Shown here: positions 48,108 to 57,793 of the stretch, piece after piece
Numbering within the stretch: position 1 is the stretch's first letter
Layout of the letters: each line of letters opens with the position of its first letter
IMG/VR virus record: IMGVR_UViG_3300021400_000468
Coordinates: 36,469 to 100,468 of that record
Length of the DNA stretch: 64,000 nt
Source of the DNA: a virus
Taxonomy: Duplodnaviria; Caudoviricetes
Reading direction: 5' to 3' (one strand)
The notes under the pieces: model-generated
Seen by the model: only the letters and a program-made list of their open reading frames with translations
Told to the model about the DNA's origin: nothing
The model's database searches: none
Made by a program: the position numbers and the translations under genes

Positions 48108-48692
48108 TCAGACGCCGGAAGAGCTTCCAGACTGCCCTTTTTCAGCCTGTCCATCCTCCAACACCTTCCCGTTCCTCTGCTGCATCAGAAATATCCTGTA
48201 CGTCACCGGCAATGATGATTCAAACTCCATGCGCCCCTTCATACTGTCAATCTGTTTCATGAACAGGCCCTTGTCTACGGTGTCCAAAGTCTGTGGATCA
48301 TGGGCGGCATGATCACGGAACCACTGAGGACTCTGGCAATACCGCTTCAAAATGGGAGGCAGCTTCTCAAAATACGCCTCTGCTCCATTCAGACCATCTG
48401 CCGCCCCGGTTCGGAGAATATGCCACAGTTCTTCGTAGGTCGGTTCCGACAACGCCGCCGCATTCAGCTCACGGATCATCCCCTTTACATCCGCAATGGT
48501 CGGAGGATATCCGGCATGAGTCTCAATCAGACGATACAGGGCCATCTTTACAACTTCCAGTTTTTCATTGGCGAACATATCGGACCACAGACTCATCGCG
48601 GCTTTGGCTTCATCGTTGTCCATATCCCGATAGAACTGCGGATAGGCGGCTTTAAGTATCAACAAGGTATTGGCGGTTTCCTGCCTCGTCAT
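48108..48692 (-). CDS. Replicative helicase loader/inhibitor (G39P-like)
   Basis: MTRQET..LL.ILKAAYP...W...PPTIAD. Confidence 0.75.
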   Translation of the reverse strand: MTRQETANTLLILKAAYPQFYRDMDNDEAKAAMSLWSDMFANEKLEVVKMALYRLIETHAGYPPTIADVKGMIRELNAAALSEPTYEELWHILRTGAADGLNGAEAYFEKLPPILKRYCQSPQWFRDHAAHDPQTLDTVDKGLFMKQIDSMKGRMEFESSLPVTYRIFLMQQRNGKVLEDGQAEKGQSGSSSGV

Positions 48693-49636
48693 AGCTGACC
48701 TCCGGATGCTTCATCCTGAATCACCTTCCAACCTCCGGACATTCCAGAATTGGTATGATTCTTGTTCTGATAATTCCCCTCAAGAATCTTTATGAAGTTT
48801 GAGGGAAGCATAGCCCAATCAAAACTTGCAGACCATTCACTACTTCTTCCGGTAAGAAAATCGGACCTTTCCATGTTCACGAACACTTCCCGAAAGATTT
48901 CTATATTTTCTCCATACTCGGACCATCTGGCTGCAACGTTAACCTTACGGGTTTTCCCCATCTGCCTCAACTTGGGCAATGAGATGCAGATCTCGTTGAA
49001 CATCTCCTTGATCTCTTCATATGGACAAGAATCTTCTTTCTTGCCGCCCTTTGTCTTTGGGGATTCCGGTACAAGCTCTACCGGTGGATTGAACTCAGCC
49101 GAATCAGATGATTCCAATCGACCGGAATCTGATACACTGGCTGATTCCACTATGTCCATCTGGAGTTGCTGACCATCTTCTGCTTCGAGGGATTCTTCCA
49201 CAAAATCCTCGAGCTCTATTGGTCTTGTCCTTCCATCCAAAACGGTAGGGCGGTTGTTATACAGCTCGACCAGAGACCGTCTGAAGCGATGACTTTTGAT
49301 TTCAAGGATCCCCTCACGGATCACCGCATCCAGTTTCGGACTGTCTGTCCAATTGTACTTGTGCCAGTTCTTTACGAACAACTCCCGCGTGTCCTTGTCA
49401 TACAGAACGGTCCCATGGTAGTCATCCCGAAACCTTGCCAGAATCTTCTCAACCTTCTCACGGTTGTACCCCATATCATCGCTGATGCGTTTGAGGGAAA
49501 TCTGATAACACCCACACATATTTGTGTTGGGGTTGGTGAGAACGTAGAGCATGAAGTATTTGTCCTCTGGCAGGAAGTCCTCTTCCACCGTCGGATCGGT
49601 CCAAAAGCTCATGTATATTGCTCTATAAACAGCCAT
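48689..49636 (-). CDS. Replication initiator (replisome organiser)
   Basis: FWTD, KYFMLYVLTN, KNWHKYN; C-terminal SDFLTGR..W.ASFDW...NFIKILEGNY. Confidence 0.8.
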   Translation of the reverse strand: MAVYRAIYMSFWTDPTVEEDFLPEDKYFMLYVLTNPNTNMCGCYQISLKRISDDMGYNREKVEKILARFRDDYHGTVLYDKDTRELFVKNWHKYNWTDSPKLDAVIREGILEIKSHRFRRSLVELYNNRPTVLDGRTRPIELEDFVEESLEAEDGQQLQMDIVESASVSDSGRLESSDSAEFNPPVELVPESPKTKGGKKEDSCPYEEIKEMFNEICISLPKLRQMGKTRKVNVAARWSEYGENIEIFREVFVNMERSDFLTGRSSEWSASFDWAMLPSNFIKILEGNYQNKNHTNSGMSGGWKVIQDEASGGQL

Positions 49637-49669
49637 CTCTTTCTGCCCTTCTCATATCACCAGCCCCGG

Positions 49670-50176
49670 TCACGCGGCTTTCTCATTCCGGGCCATGCTG
49701 ATTCTGATTTTGAACTCGCTGTATGTTTTAAACAACTGATCAAAATAGTCCTCTATTTCTTCACAACTCTTCAGCTCATCCTCCGTGATATCCCCATCTT
49801 GAGCGATATCGATCATATAGTTCATGTACCGCTCCACTTCATTTGGCCTTAGTTGTTTTACAACCTTAACCGCAATCCGCTCCATCGGAACCACTTCACA
49901 GGATAAAATCTCTGACCGATATTCCTTCAACGGGCACTCATGAACGCAATAATAATTTATCAGACGGGGAGCATTATACACATCGGCCATTCGCTTCACA
50001 ATATCCGGGGGAACGGACTTATGCTTGCCAAGCTCTATACTGGACAGATTGGATACGGACATATCAAGAAGTTCGGAAGCACTCTCGCGGCTCGAAAGAA
50101 CTGGGTTGAATTCTGAAGCCCTTTTCCTCTCTTCAAAGTAGATGTTGGGACTATCTTTCATACAATCACCCTGCAT
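49670..50176 (-). CDS. HTH regulator (CII-like)
   Basis: SRE.ASELL..S.SNL..IELG; DG.I..DE. Confidence 0.65.
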   Translation of the reverse strand: MQGDCMKDSPNIYFEERKRASEFNPVLSSRESASELLDMSVSNLSSIELGKHKSVPPDIVKRMADVYNAPRLINYYCVHECPLKEYRSEILSCEVVPMERIAVKVVKQLRPNEVERYMNYMIDIAQDGDITEDELKSCEEIEDYFDQLFKTYSEFKIRISMARNEKAA

Positions 50177-50537
50177 TGCTCTGATCCCCCATCTGTGGTA
50201 TACTTTCAGCAGATTCAGGAAACCCCAATTTCCTCTTGGAAACAGGAACCAACAAAAAAACGAGATCGTCCTGTTCTTCATCGGGATTGGACTTCATCTC
50301 TCCCAATTTACCACCGTACAGGATCTTATCGAACTCATCATACGACATGTGAAACAAATCACGCATCATCAGCTTTTCATAATCCTTCAAAAAAGTCTTG
50401 CCGGACTCTTTGGATTTGTATGCTCCGATACTCATCCCCAACATTTCGGCAGCTTCGGATTGGGCAATACGAGATCGCTTACGGATCGCTTTCAATCTCT
50501 CAGAATCGACTCTAATGATATAATCTTGCTTATCCAA
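50166..50537 (-). CDS. Cro-like XRE HTH regulator
   Basis: LKAIRKR..IAQSEAAEMLGMS..AY..KESG; divergent from repressor. Confidence 0.7.
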   Translation of the reverse strand: MDKQDYIIRVDSERLKAIRKRSRIAQSEAAEMLGMSIGAYKSKESGKTFLKDYEKLMMRDLFHMSYDEFDKILYGGKLGEMKSNPDEEQDDLVFLLVPVSKRKLGFPESAESIPQMGDQSNAG

Positions 50538-50565
50538 ATCATGAACACCTCGCTTTCTAATAAGA

Positions 50566-50594
50566 ATTATATACCTCTTTTCGGAAAATGTCAA
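50566..50594 (-). promoter_or_regulatory. Lytic (cro-side) promoter
   Basis: TTGACA-ttttccgaaaagaggta-TATAAT. Confidence 0.8.
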
Positions 50595-50646
50595 CCCCCA
50601 AAGCCATTTTTCTGTCCAAAAATTCATTTTTCTTTACGGAAAAGTG

Positions 50647-50675
50647 TTGATTTCCGATCAACCTTCCGATATAAT
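50647..50675 (+). promoter_or_regulatory. Repressor promoter
   Basis: TTGATT-N17-TATAAT; TTCCGA/TCGGAA half-sites recur in both switch promoters (possible operators). Confidence 0.65.
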
Positions 50676-50708
50676 CATACCATCCACAACCAACGGAGGA
50701 AGAACGCC

Positions 50709-51074
50709 ATGGCAAAACGCAACGACGAATACCGCATGAACATGATCGCGACCATTCAGAATAACCTCACCACTCTTATGAGGGCGCGCGGATGGGAGAA
50801 CACCGATCTCTCCACCGCAACAGGAATCGGTCTCTCCGACCTCTCCAAATACCGGAACATCGAGTACAACGTCCTCCCCCGCGTGACCGAAATCGCGAAA
50901 CTCTGCGAAGCCTTTCAGGTTACATTCGACTTCATGGTCGGCCTTGATCCAGCCGGACGTTATGCTGGACTCAGCGATGAGGAAAAGAAAATCCTCCATC
51001 TTTACACCTTGGCAGATGACAGGGATAAAATGCTGGTCAAGACAATCCTCGCCAAGAACGATCCCGACACTTAA
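50709..51074 (+). CDS. CI-like XRE repressor
   Basis: NL..LM..RGW...DLS.ATGI..S.LSKY...P.....KLC..F.VT.DF.VG; GGAGG RBS. Confidence 0.8.
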   Translation: MAKRNDEYRMNMIATIQNNLTTLMRARGWENTDLSTATGIGLSDLSKYRNIEYNVLPRVTEIAKLCEAFQVTFDFMVGLDPAGRYAGLSDEEKKILHLYTLADDRDKMLVKTILAKNDPDT

Positions 51075-51109
51075 TCATCTCCAAAGCCCAATTACCATTT
51101 ATTGGATAA

Positions 51110-51405
51110 ACTAAGGTTAACTTTTGGTTAACTACGCCATGATATGTTAACCTCAAAAATGGTCCGGAATTCCACACCATCATACGCAAACCCTTACGAC
51201 ACAAGGCTTCCAGAGTTACCGCTAAACGATGCAAAACGCCAGCGATAAAGCTCATAACCCGGAGGTCATGTGGTTCAAATCCCTTCCCCGCAAGCGAAAA
51301 AGTAACCTTTTTGAGGCTAAAACCCCTTGAAAAGGTTCTTTTTGTGAATAAAATAGACTTGGCAATAATTACCACCTCCTTCTGTGGTTAACAAAAGGTT
51401 AACTC
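51110..51405. mobile_element. attP: tRNA-fMet 3'-half core flanked by GGTTAAC arm-type repeats
   Basis: GCTCATAACCCGGAGGTC...GGTTCAAATCC...CCCCGCAA at 51250-51293; paired GGTTAAC at ~51115-51133 and ~51385-51404; directly downstream of integrase. Confidence 0.75.
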
Positions 51406-51435
51406 ATCTTTTTTCCGCAGAGGATTTTTTCTTCC

Positions 51436-52626
51436 TTAATTCTCTCCGAGGAACGCTTCGTTCAGGATATCTGCATTCTCTTTGTCGGCCTTCTCAATCA
51501 CATGGGCGTAGATGTTGGCGGTTGTGCTGACCTGAGCATGACCGAGACGGCGGGAAATGCTCACGCTGTCCGCTCCGTTGAAGTACAGGATCGACGCCAT
51601 ACTGTGGCGGAACGCATGGGGATTGATATGGGGAAGGCCATGCCTTTCAGAAAACCGCTCCAGCCAGCGGTTCGGACTGTCCGGGTGCATGGGATTCCCA
51701 TTATCCTTCGTAAACAGAAAGTCCTCATCTTCATAACACATCCCAACACGGATCTTTTCGCTTCCCTGCCATGCCTTTAGCTGACGGAGCAGTTTCATGG
51801 TTCCGGACGGAACGGCAATAACACGATATCCCCTTTTGGTCTTAGGGGTATCCACATAAACGCCCTTTCCGGGAGTATACTGGATGTTCCTCTGGATTGA
51901 GATCGTATTCTTCTCAAAATCAATGTCAGACCACTTCAGGCCAAGCACTTCCCCACGCCTCGCTCCTGTAATCAACATGACATGGACAAGAGCTTTCCAC
52001 TTTATCGGCTCACCCTCCAACGCCTCCCTGATCGCTTCAATTTCCTCTGGCTGAAAATACCGAACATCCGCTTTTTCTGCTTTCGGGGGAATCACCCTGT
52101 CGGCTGGATTGATTGGCAACTGTCCTTCCATAACGGCCTCCTTCAAAACAGCATGAATCAGCCGGTGATATTCCAAAACGGTTTTTCCGGAGAGCTTACC
52201 TCCGGTCTTTTTATTCATTCCATCCTGACCGAGCCACGAATAAAACGAATTCAGAGTGTCAGGATGAATATCCCTGATCTTCATATACCCCATCCGTTCA
52301 TTGATCCTCTCAGCCAGCTCCCTGTATCGGGCAATCGTAGAGGTCTTGACCTTCCGTTCTTCCTTCAGATTGATTACATACTCGCAATACTGAGAGAAGG
52401 TATAACGGGTATCGGTTGCCATTCCCTCCTTGCAAGCCTTCTCATAATTAGCTGCAAAGGCCTCCGCTTTCTTCCGTGCGGTTTTCTCAGACCATCCCGG
52501 TTCCACCTTGAACGTCGTGATATAAGGCTTGAGCTGCTTTCCCTCATTATCCCGTCCGCGATGAACCAGAATCTTATAGCCGGTCAAAACCCCTTCCTTA
52601 TTTCTTCGCTCCTGAAGCGATGCCAT
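51436..52626 (-). CDS. int: Tyrosine integrase
   Basis: TGARRGEVLGLKW, PKT, HAFRH, LGHA..STT.NIYAH. Confidence 0.92.
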   Translation of the reverse strand: MASLQERRNKEGVLTGYKILVHRGRDNEGKQLKPYITTFKVEPGWSEKTARKKAEAFAANYEKACKEGMATDTRYTFSQYCEYVINLKEERKVKTSTIARYRELAERINERMGYMKIRDIHPDTLNSFYSWLGQDGMNKKTGGKLSGKTVLEYHRLIHAVLKEAVMEGQLPINPADRVIPPKAEKADVRYFQPEEIEAIREALEGEPIKWKALVHVMLITGARRGEVLGLKWSDIDFEKNTISIQRNIQYTPGKGVYVDTPKTKRGYRVIAVPSGTMKLLRQLKAWQGSEKIRVGMCYEDEDFLFTKDNGNPMHPDSPNRWLERFSERHGLPHINPHAFRHSMASILYFNGADSVSISRRLGHAQVSTTANIYAHVIEKADKENADILNEAFLGEN

Positions 52627-52750
52627 AATCTCACCTCGTTTCCTCGGTGATATTGTACCACGGATGATCCCCTCATTCAACGGTAATCATCCAGAAAAAT
52701 CATTTTTGTAGCCGCGCACAAGATTTCCGTTCGGAAATCTGTTTTTCTTA

Positions 52751-52779
52751 TTGACAATCAACTATCATGGTGATATAAT
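52751..52779 (+). promoter_or_regulatory. sigmaA consensus promoter for the xis-like gene
   Basis: TTGACA-atcaactatcatggtga-TATAAT. Confidence 0.75.
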
Positions 52780-52810
52780 ATAGATGAAGGAAACTTTCAG
52801 AGAGGTAGCC

Positions 52811-53014
52811 ATGAACAGACAAGAAAAGCCACAGCTCATGTCCATCAGGCAAGTAGCCAGAACCGGTGTGCTTCCGGAACACTTCTTGCGGCAGTTACAG
52901 AAAAGGGGAGTTCTCCCGGGATTCCTCAGCGGGAAAAAATTCATCGTCAACTATTCACTCCTACTGGAAATGCTGAACGATCCGAACAGCGATCTATACA
53001 GGGGTAACAAATAA
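52811..53014 (+). CDS. Excisionase-like HTH protein
   Basis: MSIRQVA..G......LR......LPG..SGKKF.VN; divergent from integrase. Confidence 0.65.
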   Translation: MNRQEKPQLMSIRQVARTGVLPEHFLRQLQKRGVLPGFLSGKKFIVNYSLLLEMLNDPNSDLYRGNK

Positions 53015-53040
53015 GGGCGGGATTCCTCCCGCCTTTATTT
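53009..53040. terminator. Bidirectional terminator between convergent genes
   Basis: aaataagggcggga...tcccgcctttattt. Confidence 0.7.
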
Positions 53041-53053
53041 CTGTGGCATAAAA

Positions 53054-53287
53054 TCAAAAGCCCGGTTCACCAGACCATTCTGAACTCGATACGTGGCGGG
53101 GGAGCTTGTCTTCAACTCCGCGAACACATTCGGAGGCCATATCGATGATGTTCTTCAAGGCTTCCAAATCTTCATCCTCCACACTGTCTGCGCCGACAAG
53201 GATATTCTCTGCGGCATGAAGAAGGGATTTGATCCGGGATACCCCAATCTCCACACTGTCCAGTTCCATAACGGGTTTTTCGTTCAT
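53054..53287 (-). CDS. Hypothetical protein
   Basis: ORF with RBS. Confidence 0.5.
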   Translation of the reverse strand: MNEKPVMELDSVEIGVSRIKSLLHAAENILVGADSVEDEDLEALKNIIDMASECVRGVEDKLPRHVSSSEWSGEPGF

Positions 53288-53404
53288 TTTTTGGTGTCCT
53301 TTCCTGATGATGTTATAGACAATTCCTTCCGCACGAAACTTCCTACATTTTAGCACAAACAATAAATGATTTCATGAAAACGAAAGATTTTTCACAGATC
53401 AGAA

Positions 53405-53623
53405 TCATTCATCATTCGTAAGATCCAACACGGTTTCGGTATTATCCTGATTGTACCAGCCTATCGAAATATTGCCACAGCGAACACAGCGGGAAACCAC
53501 CACAGTAACATTGCGGAAAATCTGCACATCTTTATACAGACAAGGATCCAGCTCATTCACCCCATCCGGTCGAACCGATATTCCCTCCCCCCATGTACAT
53601 TTCTTTCGCTCCCGTTCATCCAT
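53405..53623 (-). CDS. Hypothetical protein (Cys-containing)
   Basis: 72 aa, GGGAGG RBS. Confidence 0.55.
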   Translation of the reverse strand: MDERERKKCTWGEGISVRPDGVNELDPCLYKDVQIFRNVTVVVSRCVRCGNISIGWYNQDNTETVLDLTNDE

Positions 53624-53625
53624 AA

Positions 53626-54150
53626 TCAGACCTCCCTGTGAATGCTCTTATCCTTGTCAAAGCGTTCCGGGTATCTCCTCTTCAACTTATCTATGTTCTT
53701 CTGCATTACCTCGGAGAGATCAACTCCAAGAGCATAGGCTATCAGGGAGGCATACCAAAGCACATCCCCAAGCTCTTCCACAAGATCCTCTTTATTGAGT
53801 TCGTGACCCTGAAACCTTGCTTTCTTGACAATATCTATGCACTCCCCAGCTTCCCCATTCAAACCCATCACGCCATTGAGAAGCAATTCTTCCGGGCCGA
53901 ACGTATCTACCTGCGCGGTCCTCAAAGAGGCTCTTTGATAATCATTGGCGGTTAATCCATCCCCTTCCAAAAGGGTCTTGAGATGCTGACAATAAAACAG
54001 GGCATCAATGGCCTCTTCCTGAATATGCTCGATCCTCTGGATGGAGGAAAGGGTCACGTTATCCTCCAACACAACCCCATATTTATGTAGACCCTTATCA
54101 GTCTGGGCCTCCATCATCTTTTCGATGTCTATCTGATACATGGTTTTCAT
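53626..54150 (-). CDS. MazG-like nucleotide pyrophosphohydrolase
   Basis: GLNGEAGE..D..KK, EELGDVLWY, N..KL..RYP. Confidence 0.8.
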   Translation of the reverse strand: MKTMYQIDIEKMMEAQTDKGLHKYGVVLEDNVTLSSIQRIEHIQEEAIDALFYCQHLKTLLEGDGLTANDYQRASLRTAQVDTFGPEELLLNGVMGLNGEAGECIDIVKKARFQGHELNKEDLVEELGDVLWYASLIAYALGVDLSEVMQKNIDKLKRRYPERFDKDKSIHREV

Positions 54151-54151
54151 C

Positions 54152-54439
54152 TTATAACCGCTCCTTCCCACTAATCGCTTCTTCCAACAATTTATTGAAA
54201 TCCCGCTGCATCCTCTGAAGAACCACAACAGCCTGTTCAAGGGTATAATCCCCCTTGGACAATGCGTCCCTCTGCGCAGATCTCATAACTGCCGCTATCG
54301 CTGATGCAAGCGTTCCATGATAGGAAACTGGATAATAAACCGGTTCTCCAGTTTCCTTGTCCTTCTGTCCACGATCCACAACTACGTTATATCCGTAACT
54401 CGTAGGTTTGATCAGGTATCCGTTACCAAGATCGATCAT
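54152..54439 (-). CDS. Hypothetical protein
   Basis: 95-aa translationally coupled ORF. Confidence 0.6.
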   Translation of the reverse strand: MIDLGNGYLIKPTSYGYNVVVDRGQKDKETGEPVYYPVSYHGTLASAIAAVMRSAQRDALSKGDYTLEQAVVVLQRMQRDFNKLLEEAISGKERL

Positions 54440-54702
54440 GACATACCTCCTGTAAGTCCAAGAATTAAGAAAATAAACGAAACAATCAGTTCGAGAACGC
54501 CGCTCAGGTATCCTCCAACCGACAGGGAGGACAGGTACGCATTCATTCTGTGATCTGCTTCGCTGTAGTCATGCCTGTCCCAATCAAACACAGGTGTATC
54601 CCCTATCCCTTTGAAGCGGGTTTCTCGGTATACTCTCGCGGCATTCGCCCCGACTATCGATAAGATTCCAAGGGTAAAGGCGATGATGAATGCAATGATC
54701 AT
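54436..54702 (-). CDS. Small two-TM membrane protein
   Basis: Two hydrophobic segments; paralogous to 56516..56776. Confidence 0.6.
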   Translation of the reverse strand: MIIAFIIAFTLGILSIVGANAARVYRETRFKGIGDTPVFDWDRHDYSEADHRMNAYLSSLSVGGYLSGVLELIVSFIFLILGLTGGMS

Positions 54703-54704
54703 TT

Positions 54705-55160
54705 TCAGTTTATAGAACCGAACGCGGTTTTGATGGCCTCCGGAAGCACTTCTTTCAGCTTCTTTTCAAAGGCGTCGTTGATGATATTGGTTATCCTCCG
54801 GGCAAGATAATCGTATACGCTCTCTCCGTTAAGTCGCAGGGCGTATGCAAGGCTTTCCTCGTATGATTTTTCCGCACTTCTGCGGATCAGTTGTACATCT
54901 CTTGAACACGTATCCACGGCTTTTCTGATCTCGGAGTGTAGAGCGGATGTCATGGCGTTATCTATGATACTGACCAATTTCGAACTGCCGTATCCCTCCA
55001 GAACACTCTTGATCCTTCCTTCGACCACCCTTCCCAGCTCTTCCTCCATGGCTTTATCCACAGCATTCCGGACCACCTGTTTCGCCATGGCTTCGTAAGC
55101 GTTCTTGACTTCCTTCTCAAACTCCTGATCATCCGGAAGATCAATGATCAGTCTCGGCAT
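54705..55160 (-). CDS. Hypothetical helical protein
   Basis: ORF with GGAGG RBS. Confidence 0.6.
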   Translation of the reverse strand: MPRLIIDLPDDQEFEKEVKNAYEAMAKQVVRNAVDKAMEEELGRVVEGRIKSVLEGYGSSKLVSIIDNAMTSALHSEIRKAVDTCSRDVQLIRRSAEKSYEESLAYALRLNGESVYDYLARRITNIINDAFEKKLKEVLPEAIKTAFGSIN

Positions 55161-55464
55161 TCTCCTCACCTCCAGTTTTTTTCACGTCGGTAAATTGGAC
55201 CTGATTCACATAAACGGAATCCAGCATCCCGTTCTCAAGTTCAACGACGGCAACAGGGAACATTCCGGGACCATTCTCGAACTCTTCAAAGTCGGTTCCG
55301 AATGTCCTGAACACCGCCTTTTTCTGCTCCCCGCCTCTATAGGTGACGATACAATGGCGACCGTACATGGGGATTTCCCAAGGCTCAACCGGCCTGAGAA
55401 CGCTCGAACCATTCGATGGTGGGAAAGCCTTTACTTCTGGTTCTTTTGGGTTATAAGGGCTCAT
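55141..55464 (-). CDS. Hypothetical protein
   Basis: ORF tiling the operon. Confidence 0.55.
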   Translation of the reverse strand: MSPYNPKEPEVKAFPPSNGSSVLRPVEPWEIPMYGRHCIVTYRGGEQKKAVFRTFGTDFEEFENGPGMFPVAVVELENGMLDSVYVNQVQFTDVKKTGGEENAETDH

Positions 55465-55471
55465 CTCTTTT

Positions 55472-55825
55472 TCACCTCTTGATCGTGATTTTTCTCGTGA
55501 CCGCATCCTTCTTCACGATGCACTGTGACCCATCCTGAAGGGTGATAACGGCCTTGGTAAACAAACCGGCAGATACCAAAACGATCACATGGTTCAATGC
55601 GGACAGTTCTTCGGGGCCTACAGGAATAAACGATTTGGAACAGTCCGGACAATTCTCTCCGAAGAGTTCATCCAGAAGAGTCTGCATATCCTCAAGGGTC
55701 TCCGCATCCGCCGCGTATCTGACGGCATCGGCGCATCGGCAAAGTCTTTCAGGCTTTACGTCGTGGCCGCACATAATCAACTGTCCGCAGAACGGACAAG
55801 CCTTTTCTTCAAGCTCAACATCCAT
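55472..55825 (-). CDS. Hypothetical Zn-finger-like protein
   Basis: CPFCGQ...CRC...CPDC. Confidence 0.6.
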   Translation of the reverse strand: MDVELEEKACPFCGQLIMCGHDVKPERLCRCADAVRYAADAETLEDMQTLLDELFGENCPDCSKSFIPVGPEELSALNHVIVLVSAGLFTKAVITLQDGSQCIVKKDAVTRKITIKR

Positions 55826-55840
55826 GATTGATTTCTCCTT

Positions 55841-56272
55841 TCATTCCCACCGCATTCCGCCCGGGCCGAACGCGACTTTCTTCCACTCGTTCCCGACCTT
55901 CAACTCCATATCCGGGCATGGATTGGGCAGGAGCGGATACCTATTATCGCCATAGGCGATCCGCAAAAGCTGGTAAATATCGAACGCCCTGTCTGCATCC
56001 TTGAATTTTCCATAGCCGTAGGATGTTCCGATATGACGTCCCAAATCCGGGTACAGGACCTCCCGGGCCTGATACAGCAGATCCTCCAACTTCTCCTGAC
56101 GCTGACAATAATCGTCGGTCGGCAATTGGATATCAAGGAAGTTCCAGATGATCTCCTTGAACTGCCCCATCTTTATCCGGGCATAAAACTCACAGGATTT
56201 TGCCACAAGCCTTGCTTCATCCTCCGTCATGGTCAGGCGGATGGTTTTCTCCGGCACTTTTTCTTTGTTCAT
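55841..56272 (-). CDS. Hypothetical protein
   Basis: ORF tiling the operon. Confidence 0.6.
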   Translation of the reverse strand: MNKEKVPEKTIRLTMTEDEARLVAKSCEFYARIKMGQFKEIIWNFLDIQLPTDDYCQRQEKLEDLLYQAREVLYPDLGRHIGTSYGYGKFKDADRAFDIYQLLRIAYGDNRYPLLPNPCPDMELKVGNEWKKVAFGPGGMRWE

Positions 56273-56511
56273 GCAATCCACCCCAACAGCGTAATCAGAG
56301 CCGACGCGAGGAAGAAAACCCCGGCATAAACGGCTTTAAACTGCAAGTCCCACAGCCGTGCATCCTTCTTAAATTCGTCACCGGTAACTTTGTGCATCAG
56401 GACCGGGTTGTAAAGATGCCGGAAGTAACGCGCCCGGTAGACCCTTATCACGGTTGCAGAAATGAAGCAAACCGCCGAAATAATAAAGAACACGATAGAC
56501 ATCAGCACCAT
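56269..56511 (-). CDS. Small two-TM membrane protein
   Basis: Two hydrophobic segments. Confidence 0.55.
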   Translation of the reverse strand: MVLMSIVFFIISAVCFISATVIRVYRARYFRHLYNPVLMHKVTGDEFKKDARLWDLQFKAVYAGVFFLASALITLLGWIA

Positions 56512-56515
56512 AGCT

Positions 56516-56776
56516 TCACCCTCTCATTTGGCCGATGGCTACGAAAAACATGACCATGGCCACGAAAATAACGACCGTGCCAACCGCAAACCCGGCGTAA
56601 GACAGCCCGGACAAAACGGCGTACATTTGGCAGTCCTTTTCGTCGTACTTTTTACTTTCGCTGTCATAGGTTGAATCGATTCCTTTATACCGGGTTCCCT
56701 TGTACGTGTAGGCAATCCCGGCCCCGGTCAGAATAATCACCCCCAAAGAGAATAAGACAATCGATGTAAGAATCAT
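56516..56776 (-). CDS. Small two-TM membrane protein
   Basis: Two hydrophobic segments; Y..TRYKGI motif. Confidence 0.6.
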   Translation of the reverse strand: MILTSIVLFSLGVIILTGAGIAYTYKGTRYKGIDSTYDSESKKYDEKDCQMYAVLSGLSYAGFAVGTVVIFVAMVMFFVAIGQMRG

Positions 56777-56789
56777 TCCTTCCCCTCCA

Positions 56790-57140
56790 TCAAGCCACCT
56801 CAAAGACCTTTTTCACAAGACGCTTATTCACGGTCCACCCGCAACTGCTTTTGCGCTCTCCATCGGCCAGCCACCTTATAAATCTTGATGTATATCCTGT
56901 CAGGCAAGCGACCTCTTCGGCAGAACCGACGATATCATCTTCATTCGGGTTTGTCGCCGTATATTCCCACACAGCTTTATACAATCTCCGAATCTTCCAG
57001 CCATCGGCGGTCCTCAGATTACGATCATCTTTTTTACGGACAAGCTCTGTGCTGATCCCCAAACACTTGGAAATCTCCCTTATGTTCCCGCAGATTTTTT
57101 CATCCCCGCGTTCTGCCAAATAGACAACTGCCATTTCCAT
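56790..57140 (-). CDS. Hypothetical protein, possible duplicated small DNA-binding module
   Basis: G..REI...LG / GSAEEVA...G repeats, each ending in GW. Confidence 0.5.
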   Translation of the reverse strand: MEMAVVYLAERGDEKICGNIREISKCLGISTELVRKKDDRNLRTADGWKIRRLYKAVWEYTATNPNEDDIVGSAEEVACLTGYTSRFIRWLADGERKSSCGWTVNKRLVKKVFEVA

Positions 57141-57793
57141 TACTGCACCTCGATCCCGAAGATCTCTTTGAAATAAGGAACTTCCTGAACAATCGTCCGG
57201 CAGAACTCACGCCACTCGGCCAACTTGTGGTTCTTCCGGGCCTGATACATGCTCCAGAGGACTTCGTAATTCAGAAACAAGGTCCGCTTCTGATTATAGG
57301 AAGTCGGAAGAAGCTGGATCATATCATCCCAAAAAGCGTTGTCCTTTGTCTCCACGAATTTCAGGCGCCGTTCCTCCAATACCTCAATGGTATGATCCAG
57401 ACAAGCCAGAGCCACGTCGCTCATGCGGTCGCAGGAGAAATCCTGCCGAACGAAGGGCTTTGACTGAATCTTGTGCATGGTGGAGCAGGAATTGGCCACG
57501 GTTCCCACTTTATAGGTGTCGTATTCCTTCCACCAATAGAGGGGGGCAGTCACGTCCATCATGACCGGCAGCATTCTGAGATACTTCCGGTGGTCGCTCC
57601 CTGCTTTGGCCAGCTTCCGCATCAGAGCCATGTCTGCCTCTCCAATGTCAACGAAAGGTTCATTGACTTCACTGGAATAGCACACTTCACTGTCTGACTT
57701 CGCCCAACTATTCATCGGATTCCTCATCCCCCGTATTACCGCCTTCCACTGAGAGAAGGATGGGGGGATTATTTTCTCAATCTTGATGCTCAT
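57140..57793 (-). CDS. ThyX (Thy1)-fold-like phage protein
   Basis: AG.DHRKYLR, APLYWWKEYDTY, NSCSTMH, LP.SY, R..H.L.EW; lacks canonical RHR. Confidence 0.5.
   Translation of the reverse strand: MSIKIEKIIPPSFSQWKAVIRGMRNPMNSWAKSDSEVCYSSEVNEPFVDIGEADMALMRKLAKAGSDHRKYLRMLPVMMDVTAPLYWWKEYDTYKVGTVANSCSTMHKIQSKPFVRQDFSCDRMSDVALACLDHTIEVLEERRLKFVETKDNAFWDDMIQLLPTSYNQKRTLFLNYEVLWSMYQARKNHKLAEWREFCRTIVQEVPYFKEIFGIEVQ

Noticed and set aside
50142-50708. 310-aa N-terminally extended repressor in the ORF track
   Set aside because: The extension overlaps the cro-like gene and both promoters; RBS and promoter support the ATG at 50709
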